From NCBI GenBank assembly GCA_963770835.1, contig CAVYRH010000005.1, positions 96,001 to 160,000 of the forward strand: a stretch of 64,000 nucleotides of DNA. Direction: 5' to 3'. Numbering within the stretch: the stretch's first letter is position 1; each line of letters opens with the position of its first letter. Shown piece after piece: positions 1 to 10,019 of this stretch. The position numbers and the translations under genes are program-made. Source of the DNA: an uncultured Pseudomonadota bacterium. GTDB taxonomy: Bacteria; Oederibacteriota; Muellerivitia; Muellerivitales; Muellerivitaceae. Under the pieces are notes generated by a model, which saw nothing but the letters and a program-made list of their open reading frames with translations, did no database searches and was not told the DNA's origin.

Positions 1-2
1 CA

Positions 3-2663
3 ATGCCCACCTTGCTGACAAATCGAGAGAAGTTCCATTTCATGCTTTTTATACGGCCCTGGTTTTCTTTTCCGGTGCTGTTATGGGTAATCCTTATCGG
101 CGGGTCTGTTTTCGCACCTTCCCCCGCGCTGTCCGCCTCATCCTTGTGGCAACCGCTACCCTTGGTGACCCAGGCAAGCCTGGGGGCGGGCAACAGCGGG
201 GGAGAAGGATGCCAGGTGATCCAAAACCTCGCCATCGATTCCACGGGAACCTTTCTCATGATGGGGACGGACGTGGGGGGTATCTTCCGGAGCTTGAACG
301 GCGGGGCCAATTGGCAACCCGCGGACGTGGGTTACGCGCCCCGGGGGGCTTGCGCCTTCGCCATCGACCCCAATAACAACCAGCGAGTTTTGGCCGTAGG
401 GGACAACTCGGGTGCCCAGTCTTGGAACGGGTTGTGGCTTTCCACCAACCAGGCTGCGTCCTGGAGTCCGGTTTTGCAGAAGAACATGCAGGGGTCGGGG
501 ACCTACCACGATTCGGTGGCCTTTGATGCCTCCAGCGTGACGGTATCGGGTGGGGTTACTTTCAGCGGCACCGCCTACTGGGTGAATTACTCCGACGGGG
601 GAGGGGGCTTGTGGAAATCGACGAATGGAGGACAGAGCTGGAGCGAAATCCAGACTTCCTTCTCCGACGGTATCGTGAAGGTGAAGCCCTCTACCGGTGC
701 GGTGTACGTGGCCACGGCGAACGGGTTTTACGTGAGCACCAACGGGGGGGGCAGCTTTACGCAGGTTGTGACGGGATCGGTGCTGGGGTTGGATGTCATT
801 TCCACACAGCCTAACAATGTCTACATCAATGAAAGCAACGGCGTTTATGTTTCCACCAACTCAGGACAAAGTTTCACTCAGCAAACAAGCGCAGGCCTCC
901 CCACGAATTACACCCCGGGGCTGAGAAACCTGAAAGTAAGCCCGGCCAACCCCAGCAATATGCTCATCGACGTGGATCAGGGGGTTTATGACCAGCAAAG
1001 CCAATATTATTCCACCAATGGGGGTGCCAACTGGTCCGCCTGCTCCCTGAATTCCACCCCAAGCTTCATCCCAATGAACCCCAGGGAATGGTTGTTCGTA
1101 TGGAACCCGGCCAACGCCAACCAGGCCTGGGCCTGTGGCGGGGACTTCATCAGTGAGAGCGCCAACGCTGGGGCGAATTTTTCCTGGGCCGCCGATGGCT
1201 ACAACGATTTTACCTGCACAGGCTATTTCAACTTCAATCCACAGAACCCGAACCTGCTCCTGGTGACCAGCCAGGATTACAACTCAGCCTTCACCGCGGG
1301 CGTGACCGACGCCTCAGTCACGTGGCAGTACTTGAATGTGTCGGGCCAGGTATGGGGCGGTTACACCTACGCGGGCTACGCCCTTAGTCCCAGCGTGATG
1401 ATAGCCGGAAACGCGGCGTCCTGGTACGCGCCCGCCACCATGATGGTCTCCACCAATAGCGGGGGCAACTGGACCAGTACGGGGCTAGTTGGAAACAATA
1501 CCCAGGCTGTCTGTGGGGATCCGGTCAGTGCCGGCGTGGCCTTTTGGGACCAGTATTACACCACCAACAGCGGCGGTAGTTGGTCCACCATGACCAACTG
1601 CTCCGGTGTTTTCACCTATAATTCCAACTCCTCGGGAAGCCACGAGCTCTATGGCGGCAGTGGTGCGGAAGTAGTGACATCCACGAACCATGGCGCAACC
1701 TGGACTAACGTTGTGGGGGTTCCCTCCACGGTCATCGACATCGCCTGTGATTGGATGAACAATCAGCTTTACATCGTGGATTCGCAAGGGGACCTTTTCA
1801 CCTATAGCCTGTCAGGCGGCGGAAGCCCAGTGAAGATTACCTCGCGCCTGGCCGTAGACAACGAGGGAAACCAGGGGGCCTATTCGGTGGCAGTGGATCC
1901 GGTGGACCCGAACGTGGTCTATTTGGCCTGGACAGGGAATAGTTACATCAGCAACCAGGCGGTGCGCCGTTCGGTGGACGGTGGGCAGACCTGGACACCC
2001 TTGACGATGCAACCCGGGGACACGGGATTGGACGGGGGTCAGGAATCGGAATGCGTTCGAGTGCACCCAGTCACCCGGTACCTCTATTCGACGGGTTCCT
2101 GCTTTGGGGTCTGGCGATATCCGCCTCCCAATCTCTTTACACCCACGCCCACCCCGACCAACCTGAACGGCTGGACCTCCACGCCCACCTTCACCCGCAC
2201 ACCCACACTGACGCCCACCCGCACCAACACTCCGACCTCCACCTTCAGCCCCACCCCCACCGGTACGCCCACCAAAACCCCGACCACCACCTGGACCCCG
2301 ACCCCGACACCCACTAATTTGTTTGGCTACACCTCCACACCCACTCCTTTGGCAAGCATCGGGCCTTCCTCGGGAATCGTCGGCATACCGATCCCCTACC
2401 CGAACCCCGTGCAGGGCCCGGCCCTTTCCATCCAGGTTGAGATTAACTTCGAGAAGAGCGACACCCACGGGCGCCTGGAGGTTGTCACGGTAGTCGGCCG
2501 AAGGGTCCGTGAAACGGTCCTGGGAACCGTCCATCCAGGACCCCTCGTCCTCACCCTTCCCTTGACCGACACTTGGGGCACCCCGCTGGCCAACGGCCTC
2601 TACTACCTCGTCGTGAAGACCACCACCGACCAATCGGTCGGCAAGCTTCTTATTCTCCGCTAA
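3..2663 (+). CDS. Secreted GH74/xyloglucanase-like BNR-repeat beta-propeller protein with Pro/Thr linker and T9SS type-A-like C-terminal domain
   Basis: Signal peptide; GH74-like '[10 protein letters not shown]'; many Asp-box repeats (S-T-N/D-G-G-x-x-W); PT linker; C-terminal 'PYPNPV...[10 protein letters not shown]...GKLLILR*'. The true start may be the ATG at 42. Confidence 0.75.
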   Translation: MPTLLTNREKFHFMLFIRPWFSFPVLLWVILIGGSVFAPSPALSASSLWQPLPLVTQASLGAGNSGGEGCQVIQNLAIDSTGTFLMMGTDVGGIFRSLNGGANWQPADVGYAPRGACAFAIDPNNNQRVLAVGDNSGAQSWNGLWLSTNQAASWSPVLQKNMQGSGTYHDSVAFDASSVTVSGGVTFSGTAYWVNYSDGGGGLWKSTNGGQSWSEIQTSFSDGIVKVKPSTGAVYVATANGFYVSTNGGGSFTQVVTGSVLGLDVISTQPNNVYINESNGVYVSTNSGQSFTQQTSAGLPTNYTPGLRNLKVSPANPSNMLIDVDQGVYDQQSQYYSTNGGANWSACSLNSTPSFIPMNPREWLFVWNPANANQAWACGGDFISESANAGANFSWAADGYNDFTCTGYFNFNPQNPNLLLVTSQDYNSAFTAGVTDASVTWQYLNVSGQVWGGYTYAGYALSPSVMIAGNAASWYAPATMMVSTNSGGNWTSTGLVGNNTQAVCGDPVSAGVAFWDQYYTTNSGGSWSTMTNCSGVFTYNSNSSGSHELYGGSGAEVVTSTNHGATWTNVVGVPSTVIDIACDWMNNQLYIVDSQGDLFTYSLSGGGSPVKITSRLAVDNEGNQGAYSVAVDPVDPNVVYLAWTGNSYISNQAVRRSVDGGQTWTPLTMQPGDTGLDGGQESECVRVHPVTRYLYSTGSCFGVWRYPPPNLFTPTPTPTNLNGWTSTPTFTRTPTLTPTRTNTPTSTFSPTPTGTPTKTPTTTWTPTPTPTNLFGYTSTPTPLASIGPSSGIVGIPIPYPNPVQGPALSIQVEINFEKSDTHGRLEVVTVVGRRVRETVLGTVHPGPLVLTLPLTDTWGTPLANGLYYLVVKTTTDQSVGKLLILR

Positions 2664-2874
2664 TGGCCGAGGAGCATTGACCGAAAATCCACCGTCCACC
2701 TTCTTCGAAAAAATTCTGCATTTCTATTTCGAATTTCTGCACTAAAGTGGGGAAGAATAAAAATTTTAAAAAATCGGGAAAACGGTGCACGGAGAAAAAA
2801 ACGAGTTTGCCCTTTACCATTCACTGAAATGAAAGAGTAAAACGATCCTTAAGTTCTTTCCGTTTGTAACAAAC

Positions 2875-2902
2875 TTTCCATCCTTATTCCATCTCGTATA
2901 AT
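2875..2902 (+). promoter_or_regulatory. Putative sigma70 promoter
   Basis: Perfect TATAAT at 2897-2902 with weak -35 TTTCCA (2875-2880) in an AT-rich intergenic region. Confidence 0.35.
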
Positions 2903-3271
2903 TTAATCAACGAAGGGTGCTTTGCTCAAAGGGCTCTTCGAAGGTTTTTTCCACCGAATCCGCCTCCGGAAAAAACTCCACAAGTCTTACGTTCCGAAAG
3001 CAGGAGTGTCCATTGCCTTGGGCGCTCCCCCCCCAACCTAAAAAACATCCGATCTCAGCCGACCATGAACGGCTGACCGCCTAGGTTCCTCCATCGCCCT
3101 TGAATGCTCGTTGCTGGAATCCAAAGGTTTCTGATTTTTTACTCACAGGAATCTGGCCTGTCCCCGGGATGAAACCCGCTTGAAAAGCCAAACCCAAAGG
3201 GATTTTCCACGTCCCCTGGGAAAAACGATTTGAGCCATTCTTCGCTAAGTACAGGAAAAGAGGGCCTTTCC

Positions 3272-6200
3272 ATGCTGAAGAACAACGCCTTTTCGGTGAG
3301 ACGAGTTCGTTTTGTTTACCGCCTTTTTAGGCTGAAAACCTTCCGGCTTCTTTTGTGGGCGGTAGGGCTTCTTTGCGGCCTTCCGGAGGCCGCCGAAGCC
3401 GCTACCTCCTTGTGGCAGCCGATTCCGTTGGTGACACAGGGTAGTTTAAGCGCAGGCAACAGCGGGGGTGAAGGTTGCCAGGTGGTCCAAAACCTCGCCA
3501 TCGATTCCACGGGGACCTTTCTCATGATGGGAACGGATGTGGGGGGGATCTTTCGTAGCACCAACGGGGGAGCCAACTGGCAGCCTGCGGATGTGGGCTA
3601 TGCTCCCCGGGGAGCCTGTGCCTTCGCTATCGATCCCAATAACAACCAGCGAGTTTTGGCTGTGGGGGATAACTCAGGCGCCCAGTCCTGGAACGGCCTC
3701 TGGCTTTCCACCACCCAAGCAGCCTCCTGGAGTCCGGTGTTGCAGAAGAACATTCAGGGGTCGGGAACCTACCACGACTCGGTGGCCTTCGACGCCTCCA
3801 GCGGAACGCTGTCGGGGGGTGTCAGCATGAGCGCTGTGGCCTATTGGGTGAACTACTCGGACGGGGGTGGGGGACTTTGGAAATCCACCGACGGGGGGAA
3901 CACCTGGAGTGAAATCCAAACTAATTTTTCCGACGGCATCGTGAAGGTGAACCCCTCCACTGGGGCGGTGTACGTCGCCACAGCAAACGGATTTTATTTG
4001 AGCACTAACGGAGGATCAAGTTTCACCCAAGTCGTGACGGGCTCTGTCCTGGGGTTGGATGTGATTGCCACTCAACCCAACAATGTCTACATAAATGAGA
4101 CGAACGGAGTCTATGTTTCCACCAACGCGGGTGCCAGTTTCACCAAGCTGGCTAGCACGGGCCTTCCCACCACGGACTCGCCGGGCCTGAGGAATCTCAA
4201 GGTCAGCCCGGCCAACTCTAACAACATGCTTATTGACGACGACCAAGGTTCCTATACTTCCCAGAACTATTATTACTCCACCAACGGGGGGGCCAGTTGG
4301 TCGGCCTGTTCCTTGAACTCCTCTCAAAGCTTCATCCCCATGAACACGCGGGAGTGGCTCTTTGTGTGGAGCCCCACCAATGCCAACCAGGCCTGGACCT
4401 GCGGCGGGGATTTCATTAGCGAGACCGCCAACGCCGGAGCGAATTTTACCTGGGCCGCCAACGGCTATAATGACTTCACCTGCACGGGCTACTTCAATTT
4501 CAACCCGCAGAACCCCAACCTGCTCCTGGTGACCAGCCAGGACTACAACTCAGCCTTCACGGCCGCCGCTACGGCTTCCTCCCCCGCTTGGCAATACCTG
4601 AACGTTTCGGGTCAGGGATGGGGGGGCTTCACCTATGGCGGCTATGCCCTGAGCTCGACCGTCTTTGCGGCGGGCAACGCGCCCAGTTGGGGGGCGGCGG
4701 CCACCCTGATGGTTTCCACCAACGGCGGAAGCAGCTTCAGTAACACCGGCTTGGTGGGAAACAACACCCAGGCGGCTTGTGGGGACCCGGTTTCCGCCAC
4801 TGTGGCTTTCTGGGACCAGTACCGCACCATCAACGGCGGATCTAGTTGGAGCGCGATGAGCGCCTGCGACGGGGTCTTCACCTACAACTCCAACCCCTCG
4901 GGAAGTTTCGAGCTATATGGGTCCAAGGGGTCCGAGGTGGTCAAGTCCACGGACCACGGCAATAGCTGGACCAACGTGGTGGGGGTCAATTCCACCGTCA
5001 TCGATATTGCCTGCGACTGGAAGAATAGCCAGCTCTATGTGGTGGATTCCCAGGGAGACCTTTTCACCTCGCCCTTGACGGGAGGCACCGCCACAATGAT
5101 CACTTCACGCCTGGCCACCGACAATGAGGGCAACCAGGGGGCCTATTCGGTGGCGGTCGATCCCGTCGACCCGGATATCGTCTACACGGCTTGGACAGGG
5201 AACAGCTACATCAGCAGCCAAGCCGTAAGGCGCTCCACGGACGCGGGCAAGACCTGGACGCCCTTGACGATGCAACCGGGGGACACGGGCCTGGACGGGG
5301 GCCGGGAATCGGAATGCGTGCGAGTGAACCCGACCACCCGGTATCTTTATTCCACGGGCTCCTGTTTTGGGGTCTGGAAATATCCCCCACCGGCAAGCGG
5401 GTCGCCTACCCCGGTGGCCACAGCCACGGCCACCAACTTGAACGGTTATACCGCGACACCCACTCCCACGCGAACTTCCACTTTGACGGCTACCGCCACC
5501 AAGACGCTGACCTCCACACCCACTTCCACTCTCACATCCACTTACTCGACAACACTCTCTGCCACCCCCACATCGACGGATTCAATGACCCCTAGTGCGA
5601 CAGCCTCTAAGACGTCGACGGCTTCAGGAACTGCTACGCCTTCATTCACATTGGTACGCACCAATACCCCCGTGCTCACCCCCACATTTACCTCCACTGC
5701 TACATCCACTTTTTCCACGACGCCCTCCGCCACCCCCACGTCGACGGATTCAATGACCCCGAGTGCGACGGCCGCCAAGACGTCAACGGCTTTGAGCACG
5801 GCTACTCCTTCGTCCACATCGAGTTGGACACCATCCCACACTGCAACACCTTCTTTCACTGCCACTTGGACGGGCACATCGACGGGAACATTCACCCCAC
5901 TTCCGATTCGGACCAACACCCCCACAACCACTTCCACATGGACGAAAACGGCGACAATGCCCCCGACACCCACTTCTACGCCAACTTCCACGTTCCCCCT
6001 CACGTCCGGTGATACCTCCACGCCGGAAATTACACCTACTTTGGAGACACCGGGGCACCAGGTGGGAGTTCCCGTCCCTTACCCCAATCCTGTTCAGGGT
6101 CCGGATTCTTCGGTTGAAGTCCGGATGGTATTTGAGGCGAGCGACACCCACGGCCGGTTGGAGGTGTTGACCCTGACTGGCCGCAAAGTCCGCGAGATGG

Positions 6201-6346
6201 CCCTGGGCACGGTCCAACCCGGCACCTTGACGGTGCCCTTACCCCTGACTGACACCCGGGGAATTCCACTGGCCAACGGTCTTTACTACCTGGTCGTGAG
6301 AACCACCACCCAGCAGGCAATCGGAAAAATGCTGATTCTTCGGTAA
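3272..6346 (+). CDS. Second GH74-like beta-propeller paralog with longer Thr/Ser/Pro linker and T9SS-like C-terminal domain
   Basis: Colinear and highly similar to 3..2663, with the same TDVGG and SQDYN motifs and tail 'PYPNPV...[10 protein letters not shown]...GKMLILR*'. ATG 3272 follows AGGA/GAGG; the ORF track starts at TTG 3230. Confidence 0.75.
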   Translation: MLKNNAFSVRRVRFVYRLFRLKTFRLLLWAVGLLCGLPEAAEAATSLWQPIPLVTQGSLSAGNSGGEGCQVVQNLAIDSTGTFLMMGTDVGGIFRSTNGGANWQPADVGYAPRGACAFAIDPNNNQRVLAVGDNSGAQSWNGLWLSTTQAASWSPVLQKNIQGSGTYHDSVAFDASSGTLSGGVSMSAVAYWVNYSDGGGGLWKSTDGGNTWSEIQTNFSDGIVKVNPSTGAVYVATANGFYLSTNGGSSFTQVVTGSVLGLDVIATQPNNVYINETNGVYVSTNAGASFTKLASTGLPTTDSPGLRNLKVSPANSNNMLIDDDQGSYTSQNYYYSTNGGASWSACSLNSSQSFIPMNTREWLFVWSPTNANQAWTCGGDFISETANAGANFTWAANGYNDFTCTGYFNFNPQNPNLLLVTSQDYNSAFTAAATASSPAWQYLNVSGQGWGGFTYGGYALSSTVFAAGNAPSWGAAATLMVSTNGGSSFSNTGLVGNNTQAACGDPVSATVAFWDQYRTINGGSSWSAMSACDGVFTYNSNPSGSFELYGSKGSEVVKSTDHGNSWTNVVGVNSTVIDIACDWKNSQLYVVDSQGDLFTSPLTGGTATMITSRLATDNEGNQGAYSVAVDPVDPDIVYTAWTGNSYISSQAVRRSTDAGKTWTPLTMQPGDTGLDGGRESECVRVNPTTRYLYSTGSCFGVWKYPPPASGSPTPVATATATNLNGYTATPTPTRTSTLTATATKTLTSTPTSTLTSTYSTTLSATPTSTDSMTPSATASKTSTASGTATPSFTLVRTNTPVLTPTFTSTATSTFSTTPSATPTSTDSMTPSATAAKTSTALSTATPSSTSSWTPSHTATPSFTATWTGTSTGTFTPLPIRTNTPTTTSTWTKTATMPPTPTSTPTSTFPLTSGDTSTPEITPTLETPGHQVGVPVPYPNPVQGPDSSVEVRMVFEASDTHGRLEVLTLTGRKVREMALGTVQPGTLTVPLPLTDTRGIPLANGLYYLVVRTTTQQAIGKMLILR
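5561..5810 (+). repeat. Imperfect internal duplication (168-bp period) in the Thr-rich linker
   Basis: GCCACCCCCACxTCGACGGATTCAATGACCCC at 5561 and 5729, encoding ATPTSTDSMTPSATAxKTSTA twice. Confidence 0.8.
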
Positions 6347-6351
6347 AAGAA

Positions 6352-6372
6352 AGGGCTTCTGCCCTGCTTTTT
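6352..6372 (+). terminator. Possible weak intrinsic terminator
   Basis: AGGGC-TTCT-GCCCT followed by GCTTTTT just after the stop at 6346. Confidence 0.35.
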
Positions 6373-6483
6373 CCAGTTGGCATCGTGAGGGCCTGAAAGC
6401 CTTCCGAATTTCTTACTAGTCCCTTCAAAAAGACCCCAACCGCCGTTAAAGTAGCGCCCCAAAGGGGATAAGGGACGGAACGG

Positions 6484-7290
6484 GTGCAAAACGCCAAGCT
6501 TACGATTAAAGAGAACGAAGTTTTAGAGAACAACCTTTCCAAGCTTAAGAGCTTGCCTATCCTCATGTTCCATCGGGTCGTGGAGGAAATCCCCAATGGC
6601 CCCCTCTACGACATCCACTATTCCCGTGAAAACCTGCGTAAACTCCTTTGCTTCCTCAAGGAGAAAGGTTTTGAGACGGTTACTTTTGAGGATATCCTGA
6701 CCCGCCCCGCGCCCTCCAAGCCCATCATCTTGACCTTCGACGACGGTTACGAGGACAACTTCTTCCATCTTTTTCCGCTTTTGAAGGAACATGGAATGAA
6801 GGCAGTCATCTACCTTTTGGGCGACCGGACCATTCCTTCCAACATTTGGGATGCTGATAAGGGGGGCCCCAGGGCTCCCTTGATGCGAACGGACCAAATC
6901 CTGGAAATGGCGGAAAGCGGCCTGGTGGAATTTGGCGGCCACAGCATGACCCATTCCAACCTGGTGAAGCTGAACCTTTCGGCGGTGGAAAGGGAAGTGG
7001 GGGACTGCAAAAACGCGCTGGAAAACCTTTTGGGAAAGCCAGTAGTGTCCTTCGCTTATCCCTTCGGGTTTTTCAGCGAATCTGTGAAAAGGGCTGTGGC
7101 CGGGGCGGGCTATCTTTTTGGCATCGTGGTGGAATGGGGACCAAATGATTTCGGAAGCGATTTAATGGAAACTCGGAGGGTCTGTCTTTCCCCTGACGCA
7201 GGGCCCTTGGAGTTTTTCTGGAAGACCAGCCGGTTTTACCCCGCTTTCCGAAAGCTCCGGCGCAAGCTGTTTTCGCGTAAAGGCCCGTAA
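6484..7290 (+). CDS. Polysaccharide deacetylase (NodB/CE4 family)
   Basis: ILMFHRV, LTFDDGY, GGHSMTH and FAYPFG motifs. Confidence 0.9.
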   Translation: MQNAKLTIKENEVLENNLSKLKSLPILMFHRVVEEIPNGPLYDIHYSRENLRKLLCFLKEKGFETVTFEDILTRPAPSKPIILTFDDGYEDNFFHLFPLLKEHGMKAVIYLLGDRTIPSNIWDADKGGPRAPLMRTDQILEMAESGLVEFGGHSMTHSNLVKLNLSAVEREVGDCKNALENLLGKPVVSFAYPFGFFSESVKRAVAGAGYLFGIVVEWGPNDFGSDLMETRRVCLSPDAGPLEFFWKTSRFYPAFRKLRRKLFSRKGP

Positions 7291-7438
7291 GTTGTAATCG
7301 TTTTGTCCGGTTCGGAACTCCGGGATGACCCCTGACAGTGGCCATGGTACACTGCCGGGACTTAAACCCCGGTTTAAATGACCGAGCCTATAACCTGTGA
7401 AAGCCCATCCCTTGCGACCAAGGGAAGAGTCAACGGCC

Positions 7439-8713
7439 ATGAAAATATTGATGGTGAACAATCATTATTTCAATTACCGCGGCGCGGACCGGTATTTTTT
7501 CAATATTAAAAGCGGGTTGGAAAAAGCGGGCCATACGGTAGTCCCTTTTTCGTTCCGCTACGACGCCACTCAGGAAACGCCTTACCTCCCCTATTTTCCC
7601 GATCCCATTACCGGCCCGGGGCCTTTTTTGTTAAAAGATATGAAACTGTCCACCGCCACCAAGATCAAAACAGCGGTTAATATGTTCTTTAACCCTGAAG
7701 TGAGCAGAAAGCTCCGCAACGCGATACGGGACACGAAACCCGACCTGGTCTATACGATTTACTTGTCCTTCACCTTTCTTCCCCAAATCCTGCGGATCGC
7801 CAAGAAGGAGTTCGACCTCCCGGTTTTGTACCGCCTCTCCGACTACCATATGTTCTGCGCCAGTTACCTGTTTTTCCGGGACAACCAATCATGCACCGAA
7901 TGCCTCACCAGGCCCTGGGCAGCGGTTCAGTACAAATGCGTGCATGGGTCGCGCATTGGATCTCTCTTGAGAGCCCTTCAAATCCGCGTCAACCGCTGGC
8001 GGAAGGATTACGGGTATGCGGACTATTTCATCTGCCCCTCGAAGTACATGCGGGAAACACTTATTCAGCACGGACCCTTTCCCGAATCCAAGGTCAAGCA
8101 TCTGCCGACCTTTACCGAAGATCTTTTCCGGGAAGGGAAAACCACCCCGTCCGGCAAGCCTTACGCGCTTTATTTTGGCGCCATTGTTCCAGCCAAGGGA
8201 ATGGACGTACTGGTCAAGGCCTTCAACCGGATTTCCAATCCAGCCTTCGGCTTGAAGCTGGTGGGCGACGTGGAACCGGGTTATCGGGACCACCTGTTCG
8301 CCCTGCTTGACGGGGCCCATCGCCCCCTGGTTTCCATGGACGGCGAACTCAAAGGGGAAGCGCTTTGGGAGACCTTAAGGGGTTGCCACTGCGTGGTCCA
8401 CCCTGTGCTTTGGTTTGAGAACATGCCGAATTCCATCTTGGAGGCAATGTCCGCTGGAAAACCCATTATCGCCTCAGCCATTGGCAGCATGATGGAACTG
8501 GTGGAGGACGGGGTGAACGGCAATTTAGTGCCACCCGGAGACGAAGGGGCCCTGGCAAAGGCTCTTGAAAAACTTTCGGACCCCTATTGGGTTTCCGTAA
8601 TGTCACACGGGGCACGGGAAAGATACCTCCGAGACCATACGCCCGAGAAGCATCTGGCGACCTTGACCAGCCTGATGGAAGGCCTTGTTGAAAAAAAGTC
8701 CGCCAACGCTTAA
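7439..8713 (+). CDS. Glycosyltransferase family 4 (GT-B)
   Basis: MKILMVNN...GADRY N-terminus, 'WFENMPNSILEAMSAGKPII' (E-x7-E) and a Cys-rich insert; ATG 7439 preferred over GTG 7397. Confidence 0.9.
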   Translation: MKILMVNNHYFNYRGADRYFFNIKSGLEKAGHTVVPFSFRYDATQETPYLPYFPDPITGPGPFLLKDMKLSTATKIKTAVNMFFNPEVSRKLRNAIRDTKPDLVYTIYLSFTFLPQILRIAKKEFDLPVLYRLSDYHMFCASYLFFRDNQSCTECLTRPWAAVQYKCVHGSRIGSLLRALQIRVNRWRKDYGYADYFICPSKYMRETLIQHGPFPESKVKHLPTFTEDLFREGKTTPSGKPYALYFGAIVPAKGMDVLVKAFNRISNPAFGLKLVGDVEPGYRDHLFALLDGAHRPLVSMDGELKGEALWETLRGCHCVVHPVLWFENMPNSILEAMSAGKPIIASAIGSMMELVEDGVNGNLVPPGDEGALAKALEKLSDPYWVSVMSHGARERYLRDHTPEKHLATLTSLMEGLVEKKSANA

Positions 8714-8755
8714 AAGCGGCGGATTTGAAAATAATTTTGATGGGGAGCCACTGAA

Positions 8756-9733
8756 ATGCGAATCTTCGTGACCGGGGCGGCAGGCTTCATCGGGTTTCAC
8801 CTATGCCTGCGCCTTTTGAAAGAAGGCCATGAGGTTCTGGGCGCGGACAACCTGAACGCCTATTATGATGTACGGCTCAAACAGGAACGCTTGCGGCAGT
8901 TGCAAAAAAATGCTTCGTTCAAGTTCTTCCAACAGGATTTAAGCGAGAGGCCCGCGGCCCAAAACCTGATCCAGGACCAAAAACCTGAAATCATCGTGCA
9001 TTTGGCCGCCCAAGCCGGTGTGCGCTACTCCATCGAGAACCCCCAGGCTTATGTGGACAGCAACCTGATCGGTTTCGCCAACATCCTGGAGGCCGCCCGG
9101 ACCCTGAAAGTTCGCCACCTGGTCTATGCCTCCTCCAGTTCGGTTTACGGCGCCAACAACCAAGTCCCCTTTTCCGTCGAGGACCGGGCGGACCACCCCT
9201 TGAGCTTCTACGCGGCCACTAAGCGCGCTAACGAACTGATGGCCTATTCCTACAGCCACCTTTTCGGAATCCCCGTGACGGGCCTGCGCTTCTTCACGGT
9301 TTACGGTCCCTGGGGCCGGCCTGACATGTCCTACTTCCTTTTCGCCAAAGCCATCCGGGCTGGGAAAGAGATCAAGGTGTTCAACCATGGAGATATGCGG
9401 CGGGATTTTACTTACGTGGACGACATCATCGAGGGTGTTGTCAGGATCACGAACTTGCCGCCGACGGGTGAAAAACCGCCTTACCAGCTGTTCAACATCG
9501 GGAACAACAACCCCGTCCCCTTGATGGAATTTATCCATCACTTAGAGGACCTTTTGGGCCAAAAGGCTCGCATGCAACTTCTCCCACTCCAACCGGGGGA
9601 TATGCTGGAAACTGCCGCGGATATCGACACCCTAGTTTTGAAGACGGGCTATGCCCCCCAAACCCATATCCGGGATGGGCTCAAACGCTTCGTGGATTGG
9701 TATTTGGAATGGGAAAACAAAGGAATTTTCTGA
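8756..9733 (+). CDS. NAD-dependent epimerase, UDP-glucuronate 4-epimerase-like
   Basis: GAAGFIG Rossmann motif, HLAAQAGVRYS, YAATK and 'FFTVYGPWGRPDM'. Confidence 0.9.
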   Translation: MRIFVTGAAGFIGFHLCLRLLKEGHEVLGADNLNAYYDVRLKQERLRQLQKNASFKFFQQDLSERPAAQNLIQDQKPEIIVHLAAQAGVRYSIENPQAYVDSNLIGFANILEAARTLKVRHLVYASSSSVYGANNQVPFSVEDRADHPLSFYAATKRANELMAYSYSHLFGIPVTGLRFFTVYGPWGRPDMSYFLFAKAIRAGKEIKVFNHGDMRRDFTYVDDIIEGVVRITNLPPTGEKPPYQLFNIGNNNPVPLMEFIHHLEDLLGQKARMQLLPLQPGDMLETAADIDTLVLKTGYAPQTHIRDGLKRFVDWYLEWENKGIF

Positions 9734-9893
9734 ACTGTTCTAAAAATCGGCTTCATTTCTTCAATAAGCGGGGAATTTGATAAAATCCGGTCCGATTTTT
9801 AAAATAAAATCGTTTTCTTGATCCGAATTGGAGTGAGAAACTCTCTTTAACGTGCGGATAAGAGCCCTTTTGTTGTCGGTTTATTAACAGTTA

Positions 9894-9929
9894 GTTAACT
9901 CTTTAACTATCATGGTTAACTCTTTAACT
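9894..9929 (+). promoter_or_regulatory. Perfect 15-bp direct repeat, candidate regulator-binding site
   Basis: GTTAACTCTTTAACT at 9894-9908 and 9915-9929 (21-bp period), just upstream of a TTGCAA -35-like hexamer at 9935. Confidence 0.55.
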
Positions 9930-10019
9930 TTAGCTTGCAATACACCCCCCCGTTTTACTATCCTGTGCCTTCTTCAAAGCCCATTGCCGCCAAAAAAAAT
10001 ATTTTCCAGGAAGTGCGCT

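Noticed and set aside
2905..3230. Known riboswitch (c-di-GMP-I/II, c-di-AMP, TPP, SAM, cobalamin)
   Set aside because: Conserved cores not recognisable by eye; kept only as an unassigned structured leader
9912..10019. ORF-track start at 9912
   Set aside because: Overlaps the direct repeat and promoter; GTG 10020 gives a proper RBS and lipoprotein signal
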